Of a stretch of 64,000 nucleotides of DNA, positions 1-9,872 are shown in pieces; positions within the stretch are counted from its first letter, which is position 1, and each line of letters begins with the position of its first letter. The stretch is taken from positions 443,720 to 507,719 of the forward strand of contig JBFWNU010000006.1 in assembly GCA_050250895.1 (NCBI GenBank), read 5' to 3'. This DNA is from Vulcanimicrobiota bacterium. Its GTDB lineage: Bacteria; Vulcanimicrobiota; Xenobia; Xenobiales; JADMJV01. Below the pieces are notes generated by a model that was not told where the DNA came from, did no database searches, and saw nothing but the letters and a program-made list of their open reading frames with translations. Position numbers and translations under genes: made by a program.

Positions 1-135
1 GCAAACTACGTGGTAGTCCTTGGCCGACTCGACTCTCTCTACCGCGCTGTGCCAGCAGCCGGCTGCATCTTTGTCGGCCAGGACCGGGGCGATGCACACA
101 AGCAGGATGATATGACACCAAATTAGAGATTTCAT
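1..135 (-). CDS. Secreted protein, N-terminal part only (runs off the window start)
   Basis: ATG overlaps the tatD stop (ATGA). Reads MKSLIWCHIILLVCIAPVLA-DKDAAGCWHSAVERVESAKDYHVVC, with a signal peptide. Not in the ORF track. Confidence 0.65.
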   Translation of the reverse strand, partial: MKSLIWCHIILLVCIAPVLADKDAAGCWHSAVERVESAKDYHVVC

Positions 136-929
136 TCTCTATGAGAATTCCATCTCGTCCGGCTCGGTCCTTCAGCCAGCGTCAATCCAAAGAGGTTGAC
201 GGTGGCTTCCTGAGTAGCTCGATCGATGTCGGAAGCATTGATTTGTCGCAGCTTGGCCACTGTCTCGACGATTAGTGGTATATAGGCTGGCGAATTGCGT
301 TTGCCGCGATGAGGGATCGGCGCCAGATAAGGCCCGTCGGTCTCTACCAGTAGGCGATCCAAAGGACACTTCTGGGCCAACTCACGGACGTTCGCCGCCT
401 TGGGAAAGGTGACCATGCCGGTCACTCCGAGATAGAGCCCAAGTTCGAGAAAGCGTTGGGCCCACTCCCAGCTCCCTGTGAAACAGTGGACTACGCCCCG
501 GCAGGGCTGCTTTAGCAGCTCTTGGTAGAGAATCTCTTCGGCCTCCCGGCAGTGCAGGATCACCGGCAGATCAAGCTCGGCCGCCAGTCGCAACTGGCCG
601 CGCAGGCTCACCAACTGTTGTTCGAGGGAGCAGAAGTCATAAAAGCACTCAAGCCCCGTCTCGCCGATGGCCACGGCGGCCGGAGCCAGTTGTCGCAGAG
701 CCGCCAAGGTGTCCTCGCCCTGGTAGCTGGCGGCCTGGTGGGGATGAACCCCCACCGCCACCCTCAGCCGAGAATCGCTCTCGGCCATGCCCAGAGCGCG
801 ACGCGCCGATTCGACATCGGTGGCGGGCACGATCACCCAACCCACGCCGGCCTGTTCGGCCTGATCCAATACCTGAGGCCAATCATCGGCATAGGGTTGG
901 CTGTCGAGATGCACGTGGCTATCGATCAC
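132..929 (-). CDS. tatD: TatD family hydrolase/DNase
   Basis: IDSHVHLD, VGVHPH, IGETGL, ILHCRE, VVHCFTG, LVETDGPYLAP motifs. Confidence 0.95.
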   Translation of the reverse strand: MIDSHVHLDSQPYADDWPQVLDQAEQAGVGWVIVPATDVESARRALGMAESDSRLRVAVGVHPHQAASYQGEDTLAALRQLAPAAVAIGETGLECFYDFCSLEQQLVSLRGQLRLAAELDLPVILHCREAEEILYQELLKQPCRGVVHCFTGSWEWAQRFLELGLYLGVTGMVTFPKAANVRELAQKCPLDRLLVETDGPYLAPIPHRGKRNSPAYIPLIVETVAKLRQINASDIDRATQEATVNLFGLTLAEGPSRTRWNSHRE

Positions 930-995
930 AAGCGGGGGTTCGAAGGGTCAGACGAGGTTCCTGGGCAACCAGAATCGAAAGTCTTATCGGTGGCG

Positions 996-2393
996 ATGTC
1001 TTTCGAGTTCCAGGCTCTTGACGAACAAGACCGCCTGGTTGCAGGCAGCCTCGAGGCAGCCTCGGCCGAAGAAGCTCGCGAAGCGCTGGCTGGCCGCTAT
1101 GCCCAGGTGCTGCTGATCACCGAAGCGACCGGTCGGCCCGAGCCTAAAGCTTCCCCCGAGGCGCCTCGGCGCAAAGTCGTCTATCTCTTCAAGGCTCTCG
1201 ATGCCGACGAAAACATCATCGAGGGCTCGCTGTTTGCTCCCTCGGTGGGGGTGGCCTGTCAGCGTCTCGAGAAGATGTATCGCGAAGTCATCTCGATTCG
1301 CGAGAAGAGTCAGGCAGAAGCCGCCGACGATGCACCGGTCGGTCGAGGAGCCTACGATCCCGAGGCGATCTCGCTCTATTTTCGGCGCTTGTGTTTCTCC
1401 ATCGAATCCGGCCTGGGGTTGCGCAGTAGTCTTCAGAACCTGGCTGAAAACGCCGACCCACCTATGCGACCGCTGTTCAAGCGGTTGACTCTGGCGGTGG
1501 AGTCCGGCAAGCCCTTCTCGCTGGCTCTCAAAGAGCAGCCCGGCGTCTTCGACGAGGCGCTGATTGCCATGGTTCGGGCCGGCGAAGCGGGCGGGGCCCT
1601 GGCGGCCGCGCTGTCCCGGGTCACCGAGATGCTCGAGTCGAATCTGACCTTGCGCAAGAAGAGCGCGGCTGTCTTTGCCTATCCGATGGCCCTGGTGGCC
1701 GTCAGCCTCACCATCCTGGTGCTGTTCGTCAGCTACGGACTGCCCTTAATCAGCCCCCTGGTGGAGCAAACCACGGTGGCCGCTCCCGGCATCACCCGCT
1801 TTTTGCTGTCGCTGAGAGAGCGTTTCACCCCCGGAACGCTGGGGCTGCTTTCGGTCCTGTTAGGCTCAGGCACGTTGCTGGCTCTGGCCATCGTCTTGCG
1901 CGAGGTGCAAAAGCCGGCCGCCGATCGACGTTGGAATGCCATCCTGCTTCGCTTGCCCATCATGGGTGAGCTGTTTCGAGCCGAAGAGAAGACGCGGGCG
2001 GTGCAATCGATCGCCACCTTGCTCGACGCCGGGGTGGCCCCGGCCCGCATTCTGGACATCGCCTCGCGCAGCGGTTGGAGTCCGCACTTGACGGCTAACT
2101 TCATGGGCGCCCGCCAGAGTTATTCGGAACTGCTGAGCCTATCGATGGCCCTGGAGCGCCATCGGGCCCTACCTGGCCACGTCATCGCCATGGTGCGCGC
2201 CGGAGAAGAGACCGAGCAACTGGCCGAGTTGGCTAGAATCGTGGCTCGAGTGGCTCAGCAAGACCTCGACCGGCGCCTGAGCGAGGTGCGAGGAGTGCTC
2301 GAGCCCCTTTCGGTGTTGCTGGCCGGAGGCGCGGCCTTCGTGGTGGCCGTGGCCGCTTTCGTGCCGATGATCAGTCTGCTGCTCGAGCTTTAG
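996..2393 (+). CDS. pilC: Type II secretion F / type IV pilus platform protein
   Basis: Two T2SSF repeats (MVRAGEAGG, MVRAGEETE), YP+TM helix and LEP+TM helix. Start re-called at MSFEFQALD. Confidence 0.85.
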   Translation: MSFEFQALDEQDRLVAGSLEAASAEEAREALAGRYAQVLLITEATGRPEPKASPEAPRRKVVYLFKALDADENIIEGSLFAPSVGVACQRLEKMYREVISIREKSQAEAADDAPVGRGAYDPEAISLYFRRLCFSIESGLGLRSSLQNLAENADPPMRPLFKRLTLAVESGKPFSLALKEQPGVFDEALIAMVRAGEAGGALAAALSRVTEMLESNLTLRKKSAAVFAYPMALVAVSLTILVLFVSYGLPLISPLVEQTTVAAPGITRFLLSLRERFTPGTLGLLSVLLGSGTLLALAIVLREVQKPAADRRWNAILLRLPIMGELFRAEEKTRAVQSIATLLDAGVAPARILDIASRSGWSPHLTANFMGARQSYSELLSLSMALERHRALPGHVIAMVRAGEETEQLAELARIVARVAQQDLDRRLSEVRGVLEPLSVLLAGGAAFVVAVAAFVPMISLLLEL

Positions 2394-2996
2394 TTCGTCG
2401 GCGGGGCGCGGAGGGGTTGACACATTGAGGCGGAACAGCACCTCATTGATTCTCGCCTCAAGCTTGGCTCCACTGTTCTCCGTTGGCTCGGAGAATGCAG
2501 AGAAACAGTGCTCTCGCGCAGTTGGCCTCCTTGGTGCCTCCACACCTTCGCTCTCTCGGCGCGTAGCCGCCGCGCCGCGTAGCCTTGGGCGGCTTCATCC
2601 TGGGCTCTGGCAGCTCTATACACACCGGCAAATTCGCCTCGGCCACTTCCGCACGGAAGTCGCGTCGGTCGCGGCGCAGAGGTCTGGCCCGGTGCAGCTC
2701 CCGAGCCACCGCCGTTTTGAGCACCCCGTTCGAGGTGGCCACGCTCTAACCCATAAATTCGCCAGGACGATCCCCCCACGTCCCGCACGACTCTCTCCGT
2801 GCCCTCCTGATCTCCGCGGTCTATTTCTCAGGCACCTCGGTCCCAGAACCGCCACCGACCGTCAGCAAAAGGCGCCACCCGGGCCGGAACACTCCGCGCC
2901 CCCCGCGTATCCCCGCGGTTTTCCAATCCAAGCGCCCACCTCGAGACACACCACCCCCTCGGCGGTTTCCCAAAGGGCGCCCACCACGCGAAAAGC

Positions 2997-3024
2997 AAAG
3001 AGCCCCGGCCAGCCGGGGCTCTTT
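2997..3024. terminator. Intrinsic terminator, probably bidirectional
   Basis: AAAGAGCCCCGGC-CA-GCCGGGGCTCTTT inverted repeat just downstream of 3047..3631. Confidence 0.85.
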
Positions 3025-3046
3025 ATCTCTAATCCGAGAGCTTGTT

Positions 3047-3631
3047 CTAGAAGTCGGTCTTGGGGTTCGAATTCCAGCGGTAGCTCATGAAGCGGCGGGT
3101 CTCGGTGACGTGGTCCACTTCGCGCTCGGTCTTGATGATCTCGGCGTCATTGTTGGCCCAGATCTTGTACTCGTAGCCGGGGCACTTGAAGGTGAACTGG
3201 GTCTTGTCGCCCTGAGCCTTAGCCGTGGGAGCGCCACATTTGTCGGTCTGCTCGAAGATCATTTCGAAGATCGAACGATAGAAGGGAGTGTTCTCGACTT
3301 CTTTGTGGCTGTTTTTGCGAATGATCTCGCCGCCGCCGATGCGGGCGCGGACCATGTCGGGTTTCCAGCTCTTGTCATAGACGATGACGGTGCCTTTTTT
3401 GCTGGGGTCGGTCTTGGCCCGAACGATCTCGGTTCGGATCTTGTCGCCGGCAAAGGCGTAGTCAAAGTCGAGCTCGCCGCGCGGGCCCTTGTAGCTGTAG
3501 GTGAGCTGGAAGCTCTTGGCGTCGCGCGCCTTTTTCTGGACCTGGTCCCAGGTGACATCGGCCCATGCGCCCGTGCTGAGAAGGACGCTGAGGACGATAA
3601 GGCCCGCAAGCGATCTGTACAATTTCATCAC
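3047..3631 (-). CDS. Secreted protein, possibly LolA-like fold
   Basis: Signal peptide ending AWA, GGAGG-like RBS, beta-rich mature region, terminator downstream. Confidence 0.7.
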   Translation of the reverse strand: MMKLYRSLAGLIVLSVLLSTGAWADVTWDQVQKKARDAKSFQLTYSYKGPRGELDFDYAFAGDKIRTEIVRAKTDPSKKGTVIVYDKSWKPDMVRARIGGGEIIRKNSHKEVENTPFYRSIFEMIFEQTDKCGAPTAKAQGDKTQFTFKCPGYEYKIWANNDAEIIKTEREVDHVTETRRFMSYRWNSNPKTDF

Positions 3632-3846
3632 TTAACCTCCGTAAAATCAGGCGAGCCCGTGATGTGCTCGCTTTGTTGAGCCGAATGACCCGGCGTGCTA
3701 TTCAACCCAAACCGGTCAGCCCTCGAGATGTTTCTCGTGCCCGATATACCCCTACTTTTCCTCCCACAAACTTCCCCCGAATTTTCCCCGCCCTCCCTTT
3801 GAGGAACCAAGCAGAGAATATCATCGTGGGCCGCGAACAGACGGTC

Positions 3847-4305
3847 ATGCATCTGCGGTGGCACAAAGGGTGGGGTGCCTCGGCACTCGAGGTGATCCTG
3901 GCTCTGGCGATCATCTCACTGGGCTTGCTGGGCGTGGCCTCGGTCTATACCTTTGGCGCCACCGCCAGTCGCACGAGTGATCGCCAGGTCGAGGCTCTGC
4001 GTCTGGCCGAAGAGTTGCTAGAAAAGATTCGGGTCCAGAACATGCCCTTCGAAGCCGGCTACCCCCCAGCCTGGCTGCGGCAAGAGGGCGAACTAGCCAG
4101 CGAAAAGGCGGTGCCCCTGGACAGCCCCCCCTTTCGGGGGCAGTTTCCAGCCGACAGCGGCTTCCTCAGGCAGGTGAGCATGCACCGACTGGCCCAGGCG
4201 GGCGACTATCGCTTTGACATCGTGGAGGTTGACGTTCGGGTCGGCTGGAGTCTTGAGGGGAGGGAGCGGTGGGTTGAACTCAAAGCCATCCATGCCAGAC
4301 CGTAG
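3847..4305 (+). CDS. Minor pilin/pseudopilin (PilV/GspI-like)
   Basis: G-ASALEVILALAIISLGLLGV prepilin-like N-terminus with E5; C-terminal VEVDVRVGW strand. Confidence 0.75.
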   Translation: MHLRWHKGWGASALEVILALAIISLGLLGVASVYTFGATASRTSDRQVEALRLAEELLEKIRVQNMPFEAGYPPAWLRQEGELASEKAVPLDSPPFRGQFPADSGFLRQVSMHRLAQAGDYRFDIVEVDVRVGWSLEGRERWVELKAIHARP

Positions 4306-4828
4306 GGGCCTGGGGGCCGGCGAGGTTTTGGTAGCGACCGCCCTGTTGTTGCTGCTCGTGGCCACCGTGGTCAGCCTCTACAGTCGCTCCTATCAGGCTG
4401 TCGAAAGGGGAGCCAATCGGGTCGATCTGATTCGTCGGGCCCGTTTTTGCTGGAACGTCGTCTCCCAGACCCTGCGCAATGCCAGCCCGTCCGAACCCGG
4501 ATTGCCGGCCATCGAGTCGCCGCGGGTAGGGGACGAACCTGGCGATTCGGTGGTTTTTTCCAGCGCCGAGGACCTGTTCACGGGCGGACGGGGCGAATCT
4601 CGCCGCTATCGTCTGGTCAGCGTCCCTGACGAAGCCGGGGGCTCCATCGTGCTCGAGAGCCTGCAAGACGACAGTCGACGAGTGCTGGTGGAGGAAGTTC
4701 GTGCTTGCCGCTTCTCGCGGCCCGACCCGGGTTGCGTGCGCCTCGAGATCGAGGTGGCGGGCGCCCAGGAAAGGAGCTTCCACTGCAATGGCATCGTCGT
4801 GCTTCCAGACTATGTGGCCCAACCCTAG
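4292..4828 (+). CDS. Minor pilin/pseudopilin (PilW/GspJ-like)
   Basis: RRG-LGAGEVLVATALLLLLV prepilin-like N-terminus; overlaps both neighbours. Confidence 0.7.
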   Translation: MPDRRGLGAGEVLVATALLLLLVATVVSLYSRSYQAVERGANRVDLIRRARFCWNVVSQTLRNASPSEPGLPAIESPRVGDEPGDSVVFSSAEDLFTGGRGESRRYRLVSVPDEAGGSIVLESLQDDSRRVLVEEVRACRFSRPDPGCVRLEIEVAGAQERSFHCNGIVVLPDYVAQP

Positions 4829-6458
4829 CCGGCGCGGCTCGATCCTGGTCCTGGCCCTCTTTCTGATGATTACGCTCTTTTATGTGGGAGTGACCTTCCA
4901 TCGTCTGTTGCCTACCGAGTTGCACGCCGCCAATCGGCTGGTGAAGGACAGTCAGGCCTATTATGCTGCCGACGCCGGTGCGCGGCACGCCATCGCCTTT
5001 CTAGAGTCCGAGACCAGGCGCGGTCGCCGGGTGGACCGAGAGAATCTCGAGGGGAGTCTCGGCGCCTGGAGTTGGCAAGCCCGCATTCTGCCACTGCGCC
5101 AGGGAAGCTTTCGCATCAACGTCTCGGTGCTCGATGAGCAGGCGTCGCGGGTGAGCGATCTGGTGGTCACGCTGGAACAGGACCTGTTTTCCCAGTATGC
5201 CTGGTTCGAAGACCAGCTGGCTCCTCAAGTCACCATTCCGGTCTCGGGTTGGCGGATCGACGGGCCGGTGCGATTCAATAGCGTGCTCAGGCTGGACGGC
5301 ATCCACTCAGAAACCTGGCAGGGTGGCCGAGCGCCATTCGGTTCTTCTTTGCTGGTGGCCGAAACCACCGCCGACCAGTTTCGGGGCGATGGCATTCGCT
5401 ATCTAGGCCCGCGAGGCCAGGGTTGGCTCGACATCGATTTGCGTCCCTATGATGACCAGGGCAACCCGCTTCCCGACCGCTATCGGCGGCTACTCCGACA
5501 TGGCCGCACGGCTCTGCGCTCGGGAGTGCGTCCGCTCGCGATGGAAGACTTTCGCGCTCGCTTGCAGCAAGAGGCCACGGCTCTGGGGCCAGCCGGCGAG
5601 GAAGGCCCGCGCTTTCGCCTGGGTGTCGAGGGTCAGCAGGTGACCGGTGGGGTGATGCTGCCCGTCGATGTGTACCAGATTCAGCTGGTGGTCGAAAATC
5701 CGTCCTCGCGCACGGCCCGAATCTGGGTGGTTACCGATCGCGTCTACTGCTACGTTCTGACCGAGGCGGTTTTTGGGCCGGTCGATCTCGTGGATGGGCG
5801 TCGCCTCAATCAGGGCGAGACGGCGTTGACCATCTACCGCAGCCGGAACCGTTCCACCTCGGACTCGGCCAGCGCCGACTTTGCTGACCCGGCGCAGGAT
5901 CCCGAATTGGAATTGGTCCGGGTCGAACGTCACCTGGGCTTGACCAACGGCCTGATCTATTGCGAGGGCAATGTAGGCAGTGCTCGGGGTGGAGGCTTGC
6001 GGGGCGTGAATCGCGGGGCTCGCACCGTGGCTGCCGGCGGGACCATCTTCTTGCAGGGCGATCTGTTGCCGGCCGAACTTTCTTCCTTGGGAGCGCTGAC
6101 GACCTCGGGCGGCGATACCCTGGGAGTGGTGGCCCGCACCCTTCGCATCAACCTGCCCGATCGCGGAGGACCGCCCCGCCGCAGCGACGACCCGCTCTAT
6201 CTGTATGGCAGCTACTATGCCGGGGGGGTGGCCTCTGGTTCAGACCGAGCCGGCCTGCAGATCGACGAGCCCTATTCGGGCAATTCCGGACGGATCGAGC
6301 TGGTGGGCGGGTTGCAGGTGCAGACCACGAACGGCGGTCAGCCGGACTCGGCGATGGCTCTCTCTTTGACCTACGATCCCAATATCAGCCGCCAGCCGCC
6401 GCCGTACTATCCCCGCCAGGCGCGCTTCAAGATCGTGGGGTGGGCGACTCGACGATAG
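4812..6458 (+). CDS. Large minor pilin (PilX/GspK-like N-terminus)
   Basis: RRG-SILVLALFLMITL (no E5, as in PilX), QAYYAADAG helix, C-terminal LTYDP..PPPYYP. Confidence 0.75.
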   Translation: MWPNPSRRGSILVLALFLMITLFYVGVTFHRLLPTELHAANRLVKDSQAYYAADAGARHAIAFLESETRRGRRVDRENLEGSLGAWSWQARILPLRQGSFRINVSVLDEQASRVSDLVVTLEQDLFSQYAWFEDQLAPQVTIPVSGWRIDGPVRFNSVLRLDGIHSETWQGGRAPFGSSLLVAETTADQFRGDGIRYLGPRGQGWLDIDLRPYDDQGNPLPDRYRRLLRHGRTALRSGVRPLAMEDFRARLQQEATALGPAGEEGPRFRLGVEGQQVTGGVMLPVDVYQIQLVVENPSSRTARIWVVTDRVYCYVLTEAVFGPVDLVDGRRLNQGETALTIYRSRNRSTSDSASADFADPAQDPELELVRVERHLGLTNGLIYCEGNVGSARGGGLRGVNRGARTVAAGGTIFLQGDLLPAELSSLGALTTSGGDTLGVVARTLRINLPDRGGPPRRSDDPLYLYGSYYAGGVASGSDRAGLQIDEPYSGNSGRIELVGGLQVQTTNGGQPDSAMALSLTYDPNISRQPPPYYPRQARFKIVGWATRR

Positions 6459-6460
6459 GT

Positions 6461-6829
6461 CTAACCCTGCTCGAGCCCCCGGAGGACGGCTAGCTTGCGG
6501 TCGTTGAACTCATCCTCGCTAAAACCCAGCCGTCGCGCCATTTTCTTGAGATAGGCCAGCTCGTCGTTGTTGATCAGGCCGTCGGCCAGGGCCACCGTGA
6601 TCAAGTCGCCCAATGCCTCGAGTCGGTCTTCGGGATCGGCCAGGACCGTCTCGAGAGCGGCCTGATGATTAGAGTCGGTCATCTCGGAGGCGGCCCGCAC
6701 CTCTTCGGCGGTATATCCCAGGTAACCGAGAATATTGGCCACCGCCAGCTGCTCCTGGCCGTCGAAGACACCGTCGGCATAGGCCACCTCGAGCATCGCT
6801 CGAAGCACCTCGGTCTTGCGTTTGTCCAC
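6461..6829 (-). CDS. TerB family protein
   Basis: Two VAxADG..xxE motifs (VAYADGVFDGQE, VALADGLINNDE). Confidence 0.8.
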   Translation of the reverse strand: MDKRKTEVLRAMLEVAYADGVFDGQEQLAVANILGYLGYTAEEVRAASEMTDSNHQAALETVLADPEDRLEALGDLITVALADGLINNDELAYLKKMARRLGFSEDEFNDRKLAVLRGLEQG

Positions 6830-6924
6830 CTGATTCCGTTCCGCGGACGGTGGGCCCAGACCTGCCCTGCGGCAGGATCTTCTGGCCTTGCGGCGCACTA
6901 TCCCGAAAAGCCAAGGAGGCACTA

Positions 6925-7308
6925 GTGGAGAGACGAGAGTTCCCCAGGGTCAAGCTTCATCATCAGGCGATGGTCGAGGGCGAAGGCCAGCGTGTTTCGG
7001 TGGTGGTATCCGACATTAACGCCAACGGGGTGTGTCTGCATGCCGAGCAGCCGATCCCGAGCCAGGGGACCATCAAGCTCGTCTTTCCTGGCATCGCGGC
7101 GGCGCGCGAATATGAAGCTGTCTATGCCCGCTCCAGCGGCGGTGACCACACCATCGGGGCTCGCTTTCGGCCCTGGCGCGACGGTAGCGACCCGGTCGAG
7201 GCGATTCTGCGTTATCTCAATGCCCAAAAAACCAAAGAAGGCTTTCAGGGCAAGCCAGGCTTCGAGCCCAATGCCAAGCCGTATTTCGGCGATCGCTCAC
7301 CGAGCTAA
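6925..7308 (+). CDS. PilZ domain protein
   Basis: RREFPR and DINANG motifs; AGGAGG before the GTG start. Confidence 0.8.
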   Translation: MERREFPRVKLHHQAMVEGEGQRVSVVVSDINANGVCLHAEQPIPSQGTIKLVFPGIAAAREYEAVYARSSGGDHTIGARFRPWRDGSDPVEAILRYLNAQKTKEGFQGKPGFEPNAKPYFGDRSPS

Positions 7309-8124
7309 GGCCCAGGCGAGCATGAACATGGCCAGTCCGATTCGGTAGACTACGAAGGGCCGAAAGCTGGCCCGTTCCAAGTAGGCGGCCAGGGCTCGAA
7401 TGCAAACTAGCCCCGAGGCACCGGCCGCCACCATGCCGATCAACGAAGGGCCCAGCAGGCCCCAGTCGGGCGGCGAAAGCAGCAGCTTTAGCAGTTTGTA
7501 GCCGGCGGCCCCGGCCACCAGGGGCATCGACAACAAGAACGAGAACCGGGCTGACTCAGCCCGCGATAGACCGACACTGCGACCGGCCGCCATGGTGGCG
7601 CCACTTCTCGAGGTGCCGGGCATCAGCGCAGCCGCCTGGGCCAGACCCAGCCAGACCAAATGCAACCAGCCTAGCTCTTGAGCGGACGCTCGCCGCACCG
7701 GAAAGCGGTCGGCCCGGTCCAACAGCACAGCCCAAACCACCAGCATCACAGCCATTGGTGCCAGGCCGCCCAGAGGGCCTTCGAAGACCTCTTGAAACAG
7801 CCATCCGATCACCGCGGCCGGGGCGGTGGCCACCATCAATGCCAGCAGCAGCCTGCGCTGTCTCGGACTGGCCGCCCGAGGATGGCGGGCCGTTTTGAGC
7901 AACTCGTCGAGTTGGGGTCGCAGATAGACAGCCAGCGCTCCCAGAGTGCCTAGATGAAGCGCCACGTCAAACGACTTGCCCAGATAATTCCAGCCGAACA
8001 ACTCGGGAAACAGCAACAGGTGAGCCGAAGAGGAGACGGGAAAAAATTCGGTCATCCCCTGGACCAGCCCGAGGATGACCGCTTGGAGCCAGACCGGGGT
8101 ATTCAGCGCCCGGCGGCCGCCCAA
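7297..8124 (-). CDS. uppP: Undecaprenyl-diphosphate phosphatase
   Basis: QGMTEFFPVSSSAH, PGTSRSGAT, ARFSFLLS. Confidence 0.95.
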   Translation of the reverse strand: MGGRRALNTPVWLQAVILGLVQGMTEFFPVSSSAHLLLFPELFGWNYLGKSFDVALHLGTLGALAVYLRPQLDELLKTARHPRAASPRQRRLLLALMVATAPAAVIGWLFQEVFEGPLGGLAPMAVMLVVWAVLLDRADRFPVRRASAQELGWLHLVWLGLAQAAALMPGTSRSGATMAAGRSVGLSRAESARFSFLLSMPLVAGAAGYKLLKLLLSPPDWGLLGPSLIGMVAAGASGLVCIRALAAYLERASFRPFVVYRIGLAMFMLAWALAR

Positions 8125-9872
8125 TTCATGTGGTTCATCGCGTAGCCGCGCAGGCCCTCGGCGATCGACTCGGCGATGCGCTGACGATACTCCGGCTGAG
8201 AGAGCAGGCCACCTTCATTGCTGTTGGTGAGAAAGGCTGTTTCGATCAGCACCGCCGGCATACGGGTGTGAGCCAGCACATAGAAGCGGTTCTTCTGGAC
8301 GCCGCGATTGGCCCGGCCGGTGCCGGCCAGGATCGATCCCTGCAAAGATCTGGCCAGCACCAGGTCGCCTTGCTTGTAGTAGTGCAGGCTGGTGCCGTTG
8401 ACGGACGGGTTGGTGCTGGCGTTGCAATGCACGCTCACGAAGAGATCGGCTTTCATGTCGTTGGCCACCTGGGCCCGGGCCCCAAGTTCTTGTTTGGCGC
8501 TCGAACCTGACCAGGAGACGTCGCGGTCGTCACTGCGCGTCATGACCACGTTCCAGCCCTGACCCTTCAGGATGCGAGAGAGTCGAGCGCAGATGTCGAG
8601 GGTGACCTCTTTCTCGGTCAAACCGATGGAGCGATTGACCGCCCCCGGGTCGGAGCCACCATGCCCGGCATCGATACAGATGATGCCGCCGGCGGTCGGA
8701 AACGAGGTCGTACCATAACCCTTGAGCACGGCGTAGCGGGGGTTGATCTCTTGATGCAGCACCTCGATGGCCAGGTCGTTCTCGCCTTTGCCGCTGAGAA
8801 AGCGCATATTGGCCGGACGCTTGAGATCCATCACCACGCGCACCACCGGCTTGGGCTGGGGTTGAAACTGGCTGACCCGCACCGACCCGACATAGGGGTC
8901 GTTGATCTCGAAAGCCTTCTTCTTGTCGGGCAGCATGGCGTTGGGGATGTCCATGAAGAAGCGGTTGTCGGGGGGAAGCAGGCGGCTCCACTCGTATTGC
9001 AGCGGGGCGTTGGCGTGGATTTCGAAGCGGACACCGTTGTTGATAGTGTCCAGACGCACCTCGCTGATGGTGGCGCATTGGAAGTTCTGGGCGGGTGCGC
9101 TGACCTGGGGCAGCTTCATGTTGAAGGCGATAGCCGAAGCCTTGCCCTGAGTCTGACCCGAAACGACCACGCCGTTGCTGGTGGGGATGACGATGCGGCT
9201 GATGGCCGGGCCGAGTTCGAACTGACCAAGACGAACGTCGCCCATCTCGGGATGGTCGACCGTCATTCGCGGGGTGTCGAGCACGGCTCCGGCCACATCG
9301 ATGACGAAACGGTCGGGCTCGCGCAGGCGAAAGCTTTTGAAAGTGACGGGGGCGGTGGAGTCGATGACCAGCTTGACGTTCTTGCCACTGCCTTCGATTT
9401 TGACCGAACGGATTACGGGCTCGACGTAGACGGTCTGCTCGCGAAAGGTCAGACGCACGTCGAGCAGTTCTTCGAGGGCCGAGAGCGGGATGTGGATGGC
9501 ACCGTCCATCAGTTGCGGAGCCATCGGCAGCTTGCGTCCCTCGTCGCCGGCCGGCAGGTGGGTCTGGTTGAGAGCCAGGCTCACGCCGTTGGTGCTGGTG
9601 AGGGTGGTCTTGGCCGAGGACCATTCTAGATTCTTGCCAAAAGCCTGGGCTACGGCCTGCAGTTCAGGTACGTCGGCTCGCACCATGAACTCTTCGTCGA
9701 GGCTGGTGGCCCGACCCTGAACTCGAAGCTTGTGACCTAGAAAGCGCAACTCGCGTTCGGAGCGGTCGCGCAATTCGCACTTAGGTGAGTCGGGCTCTTC
9801 TTGGGCCAGACTCGGCGTCAGGGTAGCTACCGTCAGCAGCAAGACGATGAGGACGCTAACGCGCTTGAGCAT
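8103..9872 (-). CDS. N-acetylmuramoyl-L-alanine amidase with AMIN domains
   Basis: Signal peptide; PDRFVIDV and NRFFMDI AMIN motifs; Amidase_3 IDAGHGG, EK, SVHCNA, LIETAF. Confidence 0.92.
   Translation of the reverse strand: MLKRVSVLIVLLLTVATLTPSLAQEEPDSPKCELRDRSERELRFLGHKLRVQGRATSLDEEFMVRADVPELQAVAQAFGKNLEWSSAKTTLTSTNGVSLALNQTHLPAGDEGRKLPMAPQLMDGAIHIPLSALEELLDVRLTFREQTVYVEPVIRSVKIEGSGKNVKLVIDSTAPVTFKSFRLREPDRFVIDVAGAVLDTPRMTVDHPEMGDVRLGQFELGPAISRIVIPTSNGVVVSGQTQGKASAIAFNMKLPQVSAPAQNFQCATISEVRLDTINNGVRFEIHANAPLQYEWSRLLPPDNRFFMDIPNAMLPDKKKAFEINDPYVGSVRVSQFQPQPKPVVRVVMDLKRPANMRFLSGKGENDLAIEVLHQEINPRYAVLKGYGTTSFPTAGGIICIDAGHGGSDPGAVNRSIGLTEKEVTLDICARLSRILKGQGWNVVMTRSDDRDVSWSGSSAKQELGARAQVANDMKADLFVSVHCNASTNPSVNGTSLHYYKQGDLVLARSLQGSILAGTGRANRGVQKNRFYVLAHTRMPAVLIETAFLTNSNEGGLLSQPEYRQRIAESIAEGLRGYAMNHMNWAAAGR

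Noticed and set aside
522-995. N-terminal extension of the PilC ORF (similarly 56993-57214 for Lon and 23089-23232 for the PGI-like gene)
   Set aside because: These overlap neighbouring genes, and the family motifs or RBS indicate later starts.
2394-3046. tRNA, tmRNA, RNase P or riboswitch in the long intergenic gaps (also 45217-45485 and 46665-47145)
   Set aside because: No recognisable conserved motifs by eye; an Rfam scan would be needed to exclude them.
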